Under the pieces are notes generated by a model that saw nothing but the letters and a program-made list of their open reading frames with translations, had not been told where the DNA came from and searched no databases. This document shows positions 12,895 through 24,935 of a stretch of DNA of 64,000 nucleotides, piece after piece (within the stretch, counting starts at the first letter, position 1; each line of letters begins with the position of its first letter). The DNA lies in the NCBI GenBank assembly GCA_030390025.1, contig CM059432.1, forward strand, positions 116,190,001-116,254,000. The letters run 5' to 3'. Position numbers and translations under genes: made by a program. Source of the stretch: Squalus acanthias. Its lineage: Eukaryota.

Positions 12895-14070
12895 TGAGAG
12901 TAGAATGGCGGTGAACATAAAAGGGAACCCAAAAATCTTCTACTGGCATGTAAACAGTAAGCGGATAATAAGAGGCGGGGTGGGGCCTATTAGAGACAAA
13001 GAAGGTGATATATGCTTAGAGGCGCAGGGCAAGGCTAGAATACTCAATGAGTACTTTGTATCGGTGTTTACTAAGGAGGTGGATGCTGACAAAATATCGG
13101 TAGCAGTGGAAAAGGTAGAAGCAATGGAAGGGGTGAAAATTGATAGACAGGATGTACTAGAAAGGCTGGGTATGCTTAGAGTGGATAAGTCACCTGGTCC
13201 AGATGGCTTGCATCCCAGGTTGCTAAGGGAATTGGGGGAGGGGATAGCGGAAGGGCTTGCCATAATTTTCCAATCTTCCCTAGATGAGGGCGAGGTGGCA
13301 GAGTATTGGAAAGTGGCAAATGTGACACCATTGTAAGGACAATCCTAGTAATTACAGGCCGGTCAGTTTAACATCAGTGGTGGGTAAAGTTTTAGAAACA
13401 ATAATCAAGGAAAAAATTAATGGGCACTTGGAGAGGTTTAAGCTAATTAAGGTGAGCCAACATGGATTTGTAAAAGGCAGATCATGTTTGACTAATCTAA
13501 TTTAATTTTTTGATGAAGTAACAGGGAGGATTGATGAAAGGAATGCAATGGATGTTGTCCACATGGATTTTCGGAAGGCATTTGGCAAAGTACCACATAG
13601 AAGGCTGGTTAACAAAATTGAGGCTCATGGAATAGGTGGGTCAGTGGCAGCTTGGATAAGAAATTGGCTTAAGGACAGGAAACAGCGAGTTGTGGTAAAT
13701 GGCTATTTTTCAGACTGGAGGATGGTAGACAGTAGTGTTCCCCAAGAGTCAGTGCTGGGGCCACTGCTTTTTTGATATATATAAATGACCTGGATATTGG
13801 AATACAGTGTAGAATTTCTAAATTTGCTGATGACACCAAACTTGGGGGTGTGGCAAACAGTGAGGATGATACCAATCGACTGCAACAGGACATAGAAAGG
13901 CTAGCAGAATGGGCAGACAAGTGGCAGATGGAATTTAATACAGAGAAGTGTGAGGTGATGCATTTTGGCAGAAGGAACAGGGAGAGGCAATATACACTTA
14001 ATGGCACAGTTTTAAAGAGTGTGCTGGGACAGAGGGACCTGGGAGTCAATGTGCATAGGTCCCTGAAGGT
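12895..14070 (+). mobile_element. CR1 LINE A, first segment (continues at 18587-19090, 23330-23485, tail 24769-24790)
   Basis: Broken RT frames (VDKSPGPDGLHPR, KFADDTKL) stop at HRSLKV and resume in register at 18587 (IERVVSKAYGILGFI). Confidence 0.9.
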
Positions 14071-14650
14071 GTGTGTTTCACATTTACTGTTACTGTTTAC
14101 TGTTTAAAATCTAAATTTCCCAGCTTTAAGCAGGGTTATAAAGGGATATACAAGGCCTACAATTCAGAGCAGCTGAAGGCAGTTAATTAGGGAAACTAGA
14201 TTAAACTGGTTCTCCTGTAGCAGAACCCAGCAAGCTCCTTTGTTTCAGGGCCTATAAAAACAGGCTTTGAAGTGCGATTTAAACAGAATACTGCGAGTTG
14301 GGTGAGTCAGGGAGATAGGTGAGGAGGGGAAAGAGGAGCTCCCTTGCTTCGCCTTTGTTTTTCCTAACTTTTCACCCTGTAGAAATTGGTTCTTACTTTA
14401 CACCAAGGAAAGAATCCGAGAGCGGGAGCAGTCAAACAACAACAACTGCGAAACCGCTAAAGTGACGTCACAACCAGGGAAGGAGCTGATTGGTAAGTAG
14501 GACCTGGTGAGTATTTCTACAGTCCAGTCGTTGAAGTAAAAGTAAGGTCTCTAGTTTCGAGTAAGTAGTGCTTAAAGGGAAGTAAGGTCCCTAGTGTATT
14601 TAATATTCTTTAATTTAAAGGAAGTAAAGGGAGTAAATTAAGGGTAGGAC

Positions 14651-16411
14651 ATGGCAGGGCAGCTCGGCTGCGTGGAGTGCTCCTCCTGTGCTATGTGGGA
14701 AGTCAGGGGCACTTTAGGTGTCCAGGGCGAACACATGTGCAGGAAGTGTCTCCAGTTGCAGCTACGCGAAATCTGCATTTCAGAGCTGGAGTTGCGGCTG
14801 GAGTCACTGTGGAGCATCCGCGAAGCTGAGATCTTTGTGGATAGCATGTTTAACGAGGTAGTCACACCACAGGTAAATAGTGCACAGGCAGACAGGAAAT
14901 GGGTGACCGCCAGACAGAGTAAAAGAACTAGGAAGGTAGTGCAGGAGTCCCCTGGGTCCATCTCCCTCTCTGACAGATTTTCTGTTTTGGATACTAATGG
15001 GGGAGATGGTTTCTCAGGGGAATGCAGAAAGAGCCAAGTCCGTGGCACTACGAGTGGCTCAGCTGCACAGGAGGGGAGGAGAAAGAGTGGGAGAGCAATA
15101 GTGATAGGGGATTCTATCGTAAGGGGAACAGATAGACGTTTCTGTGGCCGCAGACGTGACTCCAAGATGGTATGTTGCCTCCCTGGTGCCAGGGTCAAGG
15201 ATGTCACTGAACGACTGCAGGGCATTCTGAAGGGGGAGGGCAAACAGTCAGAGGTCGTGGTTCACATTGGTACCAATGACATGGGTAGAAAGAGGGATGA
15301 GGTCCTGCAACAAGAATTTAGGGAGCTGGGTAGCAGATTAAAATGCAGGACCTCAAAGGTTGAAATCTCTGGATTACTCCCGGTGCCACGTGCTGGTGAG
15401 TATAGGAATAGGAGGATAGAGCAGATGAATGCGTGGCTAAAGTGTTGGTGCAGGAGGGAGGGCTTTAGTTTACTGGATCACTGGGTCTGCTTCTGGGGAA
15501 GGTGGGACCTGTACAAGTCGGACGGGTTGCACCTGAACTGGAACGGGACCAACATCCTTGCGGGGACGTTTGCTAGTACTGTTGGGGGGGGGTTTAAACT
15601 AACTTGGCAGGAGGATGGGATACGAAGTGGAGTTATAGTAGGGGGTGGTACACAGCCAAATATAGAGGAAAAAACAAGTCAGCCTGGAAGGCAGAGCAAT
15701 TATGTAACGGCACAAGGGAGTATGGCAAGGCTGGGTGACATTTATTTTAATGCAAGGAGTCTTGCGAGTAAAGCAGATGAATTGAAGGTGTTGATGAACA
15801 CATGGGAGTATGATATTGTTGCTATCACAGAGACATGGTTGAGGGAGGGGCAGGACTGGCAGCTCAATATTCCGGTGTATAGAATCTTCAGGCGAGACAG
15901 AGGGGGGTCTAAAAGAGGAGGGGGTGTCGCAATATTAATCAAAGATTCAATTACTGCTGTAAGGAGGGATGATATCTTAGCAGGTTCCTCGAATGAGGCC
16001 ATATGGGTAGAACTTAAAAACAAAAAGGGGGCAAGCATTTTGCTGGGAGTGTACTATAGGCCCCCAAACAGTCAGGGGGAGATAGAGGAACAGATATGCA
16101 GGCAAATCTCAGAGAAGTGTAGAAATAATAGGGTAATAATAGTAGGGGATTTCAACTTCCCCAATATTAACTGGGATAGTCAGAGTGTGAAAGGCTTAGA
16201 GGGTGCGGAATTCTTAAAGTGCATCCAGGAGAGCTTTTTGAGCCAGCATGTAGAAAGTCCTACAAGAGAGGGGGCGGTACTGGACCTAATTCTAGGGAAT
16301 GTAGCTGGGCAGGTGTCAGCAGGAGAGTATTTTGGTGACAGTGACCATAATTCGGTGAGATTTAAGGTAGTCATGGAAAAGGACAAAGATGGACCGGAAA
16401 TAAAGGTTTAA
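14651..16411 (+). pseudogene. CR1 ORF1 (Cys-rich finger, leucine zipper, SGNH esterase) running into APE endonuclease
   Basis: CxxC..CxxC, LELRLESL, GDS / GTND / DGLH esterase blocks, then YFNARSL, ITETWL, YYRPP, GDFN, SDH endonuclease motifs. Confidence 0.9.
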
Positions 16412-16435
16412 AATTGGAGGAAGGCAGATTTTAAT

Positions 16436-18273
16436 ATGATAAGGCAGGATCTGGCCAAAGTGGACTGGGATCAGCTACTTGTAAGAAAATCCACATCAGA
16501 GCAGTGGGAGTCTTTCAGAAAGGAAATAGAGAGAGTACAACGCCAACATGTTCCCGTAAAGGTCAAGGGTGGGACCAACAAGCCCAGGGAACCCTGGATG
16601 TCAAGGGATATACAAGAATGGATTAGGAAAAAAAGGGAGGCTTTTGGCAGATACAAAGGACTAAAAACAGTGGAGTATAGAAAGTGCAGGGGGGTACTTA
16701 AAAAAGAATTTAGGAGAGCGAAGAGGGGGCATGAAAAAACACTGGCGGGCAAAATAAAGGAAAATCCCAAGGTGTTTTATACGTATATTAAGGGCAAGAG
16801 GATAACCAGGGAAAGAGTAGGGCCCATTAGGGACCAAAGTGGCAATCTGTGTGTAGAGCCGAAAAATGTAGGTGAGGTTTTAAATGAATATTTTGCATTT
16901 GTGTTCACTACGGAGAAGGATGATGTAGACATAGAAATCAGGCAGGGGGATTGTGATATACTTGAACAAATTAGTATTGAGAGGGAGGAGGTACTAACAG
17001 TATTAGCGGGCGTAAAAGTGGATAAATCCCCAGGCCCTGATAGGATGTATCCCAGGCTGCTGTGTGAGGCAAGGGAGGAGATTGCAGGGGCTCTGACACA
17101 AATTTTCAGAACCTCTCTGGCCACAGGGGAGGTGCCAGAGGACTGGAGAACAGCTAACGTAGTACCATTGTTCAAGAAGGGTAGTAGGGATAAACCAGGG
17201 AATTACAGGCCAGTGAGCCTAACATCAGTGGTAGGGAAATTAATGGAAAAATTCTGAGGGACAGAATTAGTCTCCACTTGGAGAGGCAGGGATTATTCAG
17301 GGATAGTCAGCATGGCTTTGTCAGGGGGAGATCATGTCTGACCAATTTGATTGAATTTTTTGAGGGGGTGACTAGGTGTGTGGATGAGGGTAGTGCAGTT
17401 GATGTAGTCTACATGAACTTCAGTAAGGCTTTTGACAAAGTCCCACATGGGAGACTGGTTAAGAAGGTAAGAGCCCATGGGATCCAGGGCAATTTGGCAC
17501 ATTGGATCCAAAATTGGCTTAGTGGCAGGAGGCAGAGGGTGATGGTCGAAGGTTGTTTTTGTGACTGGAAGCCTGTGTCCAGTGGTGTACCGCAGGGATC
17601 GGTGCTGGGTCCTTTGCTGTTTGTAGTGTACATTAATGATGAAGATATGAATGTAGGAGGTATCATCAGTAAGTTCGCAGATGACACGAAAATTGGTGGA
17701 GTGGTAAATAGCAAGGAGAGAAGCCTCAGGCTACAGGACGATATAGATGGGATGGTTAGATGGGCAGAACAGTGGCAAATGGAATTTAACCCTGAAAAGT
17801 GTGAGGTGATGCATTTTGGGAGGACTAACCAGGTAAGGGAATACACAATGAATGGTAGGACCCTAGGAAGGACAGAGGATCAGAGGGACCTTGGTGTGCA
17901 TGTACATAGATCCCTGAAGGCAGCAGGACAGGTAGATAAGGTGGTTGAAAAGGCATATGGGATACTTGCCTTCATTAGCCGAGGCATAGAATATAAGAGC
18001 AGGGAGGTTATGATGGAGCTGTACAATACGCTAGTTAGGCCACAGCTGGAATACTGTGTGCAGTTCTGGTCGCCACACTATAGGAGGGATGTGATTGCAT
18101 TGGAGAGGGTGCAGAGGAGATTCACCAGGATGTTACCTGGGCTGCAGCGCTTCAGCTATGAAGAGAGACTGGACAGGCTGGGGTTGTTTTCCTCAGAGCA
18201 GAGAAGGCTGAGGGGGGACCTGATTGAGGTGTACAAAATTATGAGGGGCATAGATAGGATAGATAGAATGTAA
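16436..18273 (+). pseudogene. CR1 ORF2 reverse transcriptase (frameshifted)
   Basis: [26 protein letters not shown] motifs across two frames. Confidence 0.92.
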
Positions 18274-18586
18274 CTTTTCCCCTTAGTAGATGGGTCAATA
18301 ACCAGGGGGCATAGTTTCAAGATAAGGGGCAGGAGGTTTAGAGGGGATTTGAGGGAAAACTTTTTCACCCAGAGGGTGGTTGGAATCTGGAACTCACTGC
18401 CTGAAAGGGTGGTAGAGGCAGGAACCCTCACAACATTGTTAAGCATTTAGATGAGCACTTGAAACGCCATAGCATACAAGGCTACGGACCAAGTGCTGGA
18501 AAATGGGATTAGAATAGACAGGGCTTGATGGCCGGCGCGGACACGATGGGCCGAAGGGCCTCTTTCTGTGCTGTATAACTCTATGA

Positions 18587-19090
18587 CATATTGAGAGAGT
18601 GGTTAGCAAGGCATATGGGATCTTGGGCTTCATAAATAGAGGTATTGAGTACAAAAGTAGAGAAGTTATGCTGAACCTTTATAAAATGCTGGTTAGGCCA
18701 CAACTGGAGTATTGCGTCCAGTTCTGGTCACCACACTTTAGGAAGGATGTGAAGGCCCTTGAGAGGGTGCAGAGGAGACTTACCAGAATGTTTCCGGGGC
18801 TGGGGTATCTTAGCTACAAGGACAGGTTGGAGAAGCTGGATTTGTTTTCATTAGAGCAAAGGAGGTTGAGGGGTGATTTGATAGAGGTGTACAAGATTAT
18901 GACGGGTTTGGATAGGCTAGACGGGGAAAGGCTCTTCCCACTAGTTGATGGTACAAGGACTAGGGGACACAGATTTAAGGTTTTGGGCAAGAGATACAGG
19001 GGGGATGTGAGGAAAAACTTTTTTACGCAGCGAGTGGTGATGACCTGGAATTCGCTGCCGACGGAAGTGGTGGAAGCGGAGACACTCAAT
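18587..19090 (+). mobile_element. CR1 LINE A, second segment
   Basis: VRPQLEYCVQFWSP..KNFFTQRVVMTWNSLP; interrupted at gacactcaat by a Harbinger and resumed at 23330. Confidence 0.9.
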
Positions 19091-19784
19091 GGGCTGGATT
19101 TTCATAGGGCCGTTGAGGCGGGATTGGAGGCGTGTGGGGAGTTAAAATTGCAGAAACGGGCAGGCCCGATCCCGGCTCCATCCTGCCTCCACGCAATTTT
19201 GATGAAATCGTGTCTACTGGTCCCGTCTCCGTCCCACCTCCAAGAGGCGGGAGAGGCCATTAATGCCCTTAACAAGCCCTAAATTGGCTCTGTAATGCCA
19301 TTTTGATAGTTTTTTGCTAGTTTAACCCTTTTCCCACGTGAAGCATGCCTGATCTGAAACACGCCAGTGAAACATGGTTGGAGCACAAGTGGATTGCTGA
19401 CTCTCAGCTGCAGCTCAACCATTAAATCGGAGATTTGATCAGCCATCATTTGCAGGTGGCAGGACTTTGTTGTCACAGGTCTGGGGGAACTTTTAGAAAG
19501 CATAACCACAGCTCTGGAAGTTTGGAGCCTGACACCCATCTCCAGTGCGACCTCCTGGGAAACCCCTCTCGCCACCCTCATTGAGCGCTTCCTCAACTGA
19601 GGCATATACCAGAGGCATGGGAGCCATTTATTTCCTTCCCTCCTAGGCATCAGATGAGGACGAACACCAGCCACGGCACCAGCAGAACCATGAACAACAG
19701 CAGCACCAACAGCAGCAGCAACAGCAGGAGCACCAAGCTGTTGCTCACCCGCCTGAAGCTGCACAGGCCAGAAGGGGCCAGCGC

Positions 19785-20870
19785 ATGGAAGGCCGTCGGC
19801 TCAGGAGATACCCCCCAAACAGGATCTACAGACAGAAGGTCAGCTACCTCAACATGTCTGAGCAGCAGTGCCAAAGGCGGCTCCGACTTTCGCGAGAGGT
19901 AGTGGGTGACATCTGCGCAATGCTGCAACAAGACCTGGAGCCCAGAGGACCAGGTGGACACCCCTTACCAGTGGCCGTCAAAGTCACCACCGCACTCAAC
20001 TTTTTTGCCTCAGGCTCATTCCAGGGATCAGCAGCAGACATCAGCGGCATCTCCCAGGCGGCCGCACACACCTGCATCACGCAGGTAACTGATGCCCTCT
20101 TTGCCATCGCGCACAATCACATCCATTTCACCAAGGATCGAGCAAGTGTCACGGCGCATGCAGTTGGATTAGCTAATCTGGCAGGCTTTCCAAGGGTGCA
20201 GGGCATCGTTGACTGCACACATGTGGCCCTTAAGGCACACCATCGCAATCCAGGTATTTTTGTCAACCGCAAGGGCTTCCACTCCCTCAACGTTCAGCTG
20301 GTGTGTGACCACAAGAAGGAAGTTTTGCATGTTTGTGCCAAGTACCCTGGCAGTTGCCATGACTCCTTCATACTGCGCCAGTCTAGTGTGCCTCTGCTAT
20401 TCAGTCCGCCAGACCAACTTAACGGATGGCTACTTGGAGACAAGGGCTATCCCCTGAAGACGTGGCTAATGATGCCGTTGAGGAGCCCATCCAATGCAGC
20501 TGAGGAGAGCTACAACTCCAGCCACATTTCCACCAGAGCCATAATCGAGCAAACCATCGGTATGCTGAAGATGCGCTTCAGATGCCTGGATAGATCAGGT
20601 GGAGCCCTGCAATACTCAGCAGCCAGGGTCTCCAGAATCGTCGTGGTTTGCTGTGCACTTCACAACATGGCACAGCGTCGTGGCTTGCAGATGCCGGAGG
20701 ACCAAGTGGCTCCTCACATATCCTCCTCAGATGAGGAGGAGGAGGAGGAGGTGGAGGAGGAGAGAGAGAACGAACATCTTGCAGAGGCCCCTCAACCAGC
20801 GGCAGCATTACGCGAGACCATAGCTGCCCGAAATGCAAGGGATGCACTCATCTTGGCCAGATTTGCTTAG
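19785..20870 (+). CDS. Harbinger DDE transposase (HARBI1-like)
   Basis: Open 361 codons with [33 protein letters not shown] and [15 protein letters not shown]; predicted D/D/E triad intact; acidic C-terminal tail. Confidence 0.92.
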   Translation: MEGRRLRRYPPNRIYRQKVSYLNMSEQQCQRRLRLSREVVGDICAMLQQDLEPRGPGGHPLPVAVKVTTALNFFASGSFQGSAADISGISQAAAHTCITQVTDALFAIAHNHIHFTKDRASVTAHAVGLANLAGFPRVQGIVDCTHVALKAHHRNPGIFVNRKGFHSLNVQLVCDHKKEVLHVCAKYPGSCHDSFILRQSSVPLLFSPPDQLNGWLLGDKGYPLKTWLMMPLRSPSNAAEESYNSSHISTRAIIEQTIGMLKMRFRCLDRSGGALQYSAARVSRIVVVCCALHNMAQRRGLQMPEDQVAPHISSSDEEEEEEVEEERENEHLAEAPQPAAALRETIAARNARDALILARFA

Positions 20871-21125
20871 CCTAGACAATCAAGCACTTTTGCCTCGCAG
20901 CTTCTTACCAGAGCTACGACAATGGCCCAGACCCAGCGGATCCCTAACAATTTGACCACCATACTGACAATTGCAAGTTATCCTAAGGCCTCATTGTGGA
21001 AGTCCCATTAGCGAAATGATAGACGCCACAACTGCAGCTGTAGCCATCAGAGTTTTTATTTACACTTAACATCTGATGGCTTTTTTACATTAAACATCAC
21101 AACACCCAAGTGACTACCCTTGTGA

Positions 21126-23050
21126 CTATTTGTGTAGTATCTTTCTCTTACGCGTGCTCCTATGTGGTGCTTCCCCTGTGGCTTCAGCAGAGGTGGAGGC
21201 CCCCTGCTCAGTTTGTTGCTGCTCCTGTCTCGACACCTTTGGCGGGCGTCCTCTGGGGTTGCGAACCTGCAAGGGCTCGGCAACAGTCTGCTGCTCCTGC
21301 GGCTGGGCAGGGGTTGAGACGCCGATCTCAGTTGGGTGTGGACTCTGGTGGGGCTCTGACTGAGGACTTGTCAGTGGCATGGAAGTGTGAGCGCTTGGAG
21401 AGGAGCTCCCACCTCCTTGTTGTCTGCTACCAACATCCCTCTCATGGGTCAGGTCCACCTCAGCGCTTGCAAGTGGATTGAGAGCACCTTGCTGCACATC
21501 AGGGGGGCCATGGGGACACGTATCTGCACTGGCAGTCCTACTCAGAAGGACTTCCATGAAGGTCTGGTTTCTCTGTTCAATAGATGTCCATCGCTCCTCC
21601 AGAGATGTCATTCTATTCAGAACACGCATCATGTTTTCTGCACTCTGGCGACTTATCACCTCCCATGGAGGTTGCCATCCTTTCCATGGTGATGCGTTCA
21701 TGCGCCAATGACTCCACTAAGGCTCTGCTCTTGTTCGCATTGGACTCCTCCATTCGCTCCACACTCGCAGCGACCCTGGAGACAAAACCTGTCAGAGACT
21801 CCTGCATCTGTTCCTGGAGACCCAGCACCGCTGATCTTATGGTTGGCCCCAGAGGCAGAGGGTCGACATGCAGCTGAGCCGAGCTGGCAGAGTTCTGCGC
21901 CCTCCGACTCGGGCTCTCCAGCGCTGTCCCTGTCTCCACCATCTGCTGATGCTCACTTGTGAGCTGTGATACACCAGGTGACAACACTACTCTATGTCCC
22001 GAGGGTCCCACCGAGGTGTGAGTCTCTGCGCTGGTGCTGGGTGCGCTGAATTCTGCTGACACTGCGCCCTCAGAGGTTGCAGCTTCCTCTGAGGAGTCTG
22101 GATGCTCAGGCTGGCCCTCCTGGCTAGTGGGGACGGGTGCTTGCGATGGTCCTGTGGGGGAGTAAAGGAAAGAGTCAGAGATGTGATGCCAAGGTTACAT
22201 GCACATTGCATATTGCAGATGATCATAAATCCATCTGTTAGAGCTTCAGATTCATTATCAGCAACTCATGCAATGTCAATGAGAGAGATGGAACACTATT
22301 CAGTCACCAGCTTGCTGTGATGCACCCATCTGTCCGTCCCCCCCTTGTGTATCGTCCTCCACTCCCACGATCTCCAGGACCGCATCCTCCCAGGGGGTGA
22401 GCTGGGCTGATGAAGGTGGCCCTCCTCCTGTCCTGGCTCTTTCCCTTTTATTGTGAGCTCTCTTTTCCTGCAATGAGGGAGACAAGTGGAGTTTGAGTGA
22501 GATTGAAGGAGTGAGTGTAGAGAGTCCATTGCATAGATGCTTAGAAGGAGACAAAGATGGAGTGAGGTGGCAAGACCAAGGGCCTTCCCTGTGTGTTGTA
22601 AGTTGTTTTCATAGCATGACAGCGATAGGGAGTGTGAGGGCTGCATAGTTGAATAGTAAGGTGAATGTGACCATAGAGGGAGAGGGATTGGGTAAGGGTG
22701 CATGGATGTCAGTGTCAAGTGGGATATGGAGGAAGAGGTTGCTAAAGCTGAGTGCTGGTGAGGAGAGGCAATAGAGATCAGATTGAGGGTGAAGGGAAAG
22801 TCATACTCACTTTTGCAGTGCGTAGAAGGTCATGAAACCTCTTCCTGCACTGGAGCCAGGTTCTGCGGGTGATGGATAAAGAGTTGACCTCCTGGGCGAC
22901 CTGGACCCACACAGCCTTGGTCTGCTGGGGAGGCTTCTTCCTCCCTGAGGAAGGGAAGAGCACCTCTCTGTTGGCTCTTGCTCCCTCCACTAAAGCTTGC
23001 AGGGCAACATCATCGAACCTGGGAGCAGACCTGGGTCTTTGGCTGGCCAT
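21126..23050 (-). pseudogene. Harbinger Myb/SANT-like DNA-binding protein gene, 3 exons, one frameshift
   Basis: Exon1 23050-22811 (PRFDDVALQALV..AVW..RRTWLQCRKRFHDL, donor gtgagt); exon2 22467-22308 (EKRAHNKRERARTGGG); exon3 22151-21126; GT-AG introns with matching phases 0 and 1; an extra G near 21662 breaks exon 3. Confidence 0.85.
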
Positions 23051-23124
23051 TCCTCCTGCAGTTGCCTCTAAGATACAAGCCCAGAAGCTTGGCAGTCTGC
23101 AGAAGAAGCAAGGCTTGTTGCAGA

Positions 23125-23225
23125 CCTTAAATGCAGCAGCAATGATGACGTCATCGGAGGTGACTTTCAGACTGGAATAACTCATTGGCCATGGGTTCCC
23201 ACACGTTGGAACTCAATTGGCCAAT
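23125..23225 (-). promoter_or_regulatory. Putative Myb-gene promoter: CCAAT boxes, palindromic CRE, TTTAA element
   Basis: GATGACGTCATC at 23144-23155, CCAAT motifs at about 23184-23225; same order at about 27267-27330. Confidence 0.45.
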
Positions 23226-23487
23226 TAAGTTAAAATCGCATCACTCTCCCACATCGATCTAGATTTGGGTGGGCAAGACGAAAAGCGGATAACACGACCC
23301 CAACCCGCCCCAGTATCAAAATCCAGCCCAATGTTTTCAAGGGAAGACTGGATAGGCAGTTGAGGGAAATAAAATTGCAGGGCTACGGGGATAGAGCGGT
23401 GGAATGGGACTGGCTGGATTGCTCTACAGAGAGCTGGCATGGACTCGATGGGCCGAATGGCCTCCTTGTGTGCTGTTATGACTCTTG

Positions 23488-24768
23488 GGGCTGGATTTTG
23501 CCAGCCCTGGGGAGGCGGGTTTGGAGGCGGGACTGCCGGGAAAATGACAGAATCTGGGGGTGGGTACCCATCCCGCCCCCAACCTGCCTCTGTGCCATCT
23601 TCCCATGAGGCGGGTAGGGGATTACAGGTAGTTAACAGGCAGTTAAGAGGATTATCCCCATTTTTCCACCAGAGTCGCGGGCTTCCTGACATCGGGAAAC
23701 CCCGCCAGGGTCACCGAGATGAGCAGGGGGTCGGAGGGGTGCAAAAGTGCACTGTGGAGGTAAGTGATGGGTGCAAGTGCAAGGTCAATCAGGGGAAAAT
23801 AGCATGGGTTGGCTGGACATCAATGGAGGCAGGACTAAAACCCGACAAGCAGCAGTCCTGCCTCCAACGCGCCCCCATTGGCAAAATCAGCCCCATGGAC
23901 TCTATGGCTGTGATTTTTCCTATCGATGCGGCTTGGGGGCGGGACAGCTGCCTTCCGGGTTCCAGTCCTGCCCCCAATGACATCAGACGCACAGTCGCAA
24001 TTTTGCGTCAATTGGCCTTGTTAAGCCCGCCTTGCGGGTTTGCCGGCCAATTAAGAGGAAGCCGGTGTCAGATGATATCAGTTGATGACGCGTCATCTGC
24101 CGGTTTTCTTATAGGGACCACGCTCAATTTTTTTGACAGTTGATTTTTCCGTGTTTGACAGCATTGAGGTGCTGCAAACACTGACAATCACTATACAAAG
24201 GTGAGCCCTTGCACCCAGGCTCTCCAGTGACTCCCTCCTTAGGCGAGAACAGGTGGCAGCTGCAGGTGAGGTTACAGAAGCGATCTGCCACTAGTGAGAG
24301 GTTCTCCCAATGAGGTGGGACTACACACACAATCCAAAGCTTGTCACCTACAGAAAAGTGTAAATGCATTAAAAATGATTTTCCCAACATTTTCTTACCT
24401 CTGAAACTCACCAGTGCACCATTGGATCCTTCACACTACTTCTTCAGCTGTCATCAATGCAGAAACATTACAGTAGACCCACAGCACGCCACACTTACCT
24501 GACGTGGTGTTCGGACATCGGGAAGCCCACAATAGACCTGTCAAAATTGCAAAAAGCCTCTTAACTGCCTGTTAACAAGCAGTTAAATGCCTTTCATCCT
24601 CTTCCCGTTGCTAGGTGTCGGGTTCATGTGCAAATCGGGGACCCGACACCTGGGAAGCTTGTTTGGAGGCGGCTTGACAGCGGGTTTCCGACCCGCTGTC
24701 AATCTTTGTGATTTTGCCGGATGTCCCGCCTCCAAACCTGCCCCCTGAGCGCCGGCAAAATTCCGGCC
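23488..24768. mobile_element. Harbinger-derived MITE inserted in the CR1 A tail
   Basis: Ends gggctggatttt / aaaattccggcc; flanks tatgactc and tatgactctatgact are the CR1 microsatellite tail; TSD not cleanly preserved. Confidence 0.7.
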
Positions 24769-24792
24769 TATGACTCTATGACTATGACTTTG

Positions 24793-24935
24793 CCAGCCTT
24801 CCTATGGTTGTTACATTCCCATGAAGTGTCAATTTCAAAATTCTCATCCTTGTTTTCAAATCCCTCCATGGCCTCGCCCCTCCCTATCTCTGTAATCTCC
24901 TTCAGCCCCACAATCCCCGAGATATCTGCGCTCCT
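24793..24935 (+). mobile_element. L2 LINE fragment
   Basis: aaaattctcatccttgttttcaaatccctccatggcctcgcccctccctatctct identical to about 37418-37472. Confidence 0.8.

Larger units (their letters stand above)
14071..18586 (+). mobile_element. Full-length but inactivated CR1 LINE B nested in CR1 A
   Basis: 5'UTR, ORF1, EN, RT, 3'UTR and tataactctatga tail; ORF2 disrupted near 16410, 17255 and 18271. Confidence 0.92.
19091..23329. mobile_element. Near-complete autonomous-type PIF/Harbinger DNA transposon (4239 bp)
   Basis: Perfect 12-bp TIR GGGCTGGATTTT / AAAATCCAGCCC, AAT TSD (19088-19090, 23330-23332), transposase plus convergent Myb gene. Confidence 0.95.

Noticed and set aside
12940..17846. 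Antisense ORFs over CR1 RT regions
   Set aside because: Shadow frames of LINE coding sequence.
19785..20870. Domesticated host HARBI1 gene
   Set aside because: It lies between TIRs with a TSD, inside a CR1, and has siblings, so it is a transposon gene.
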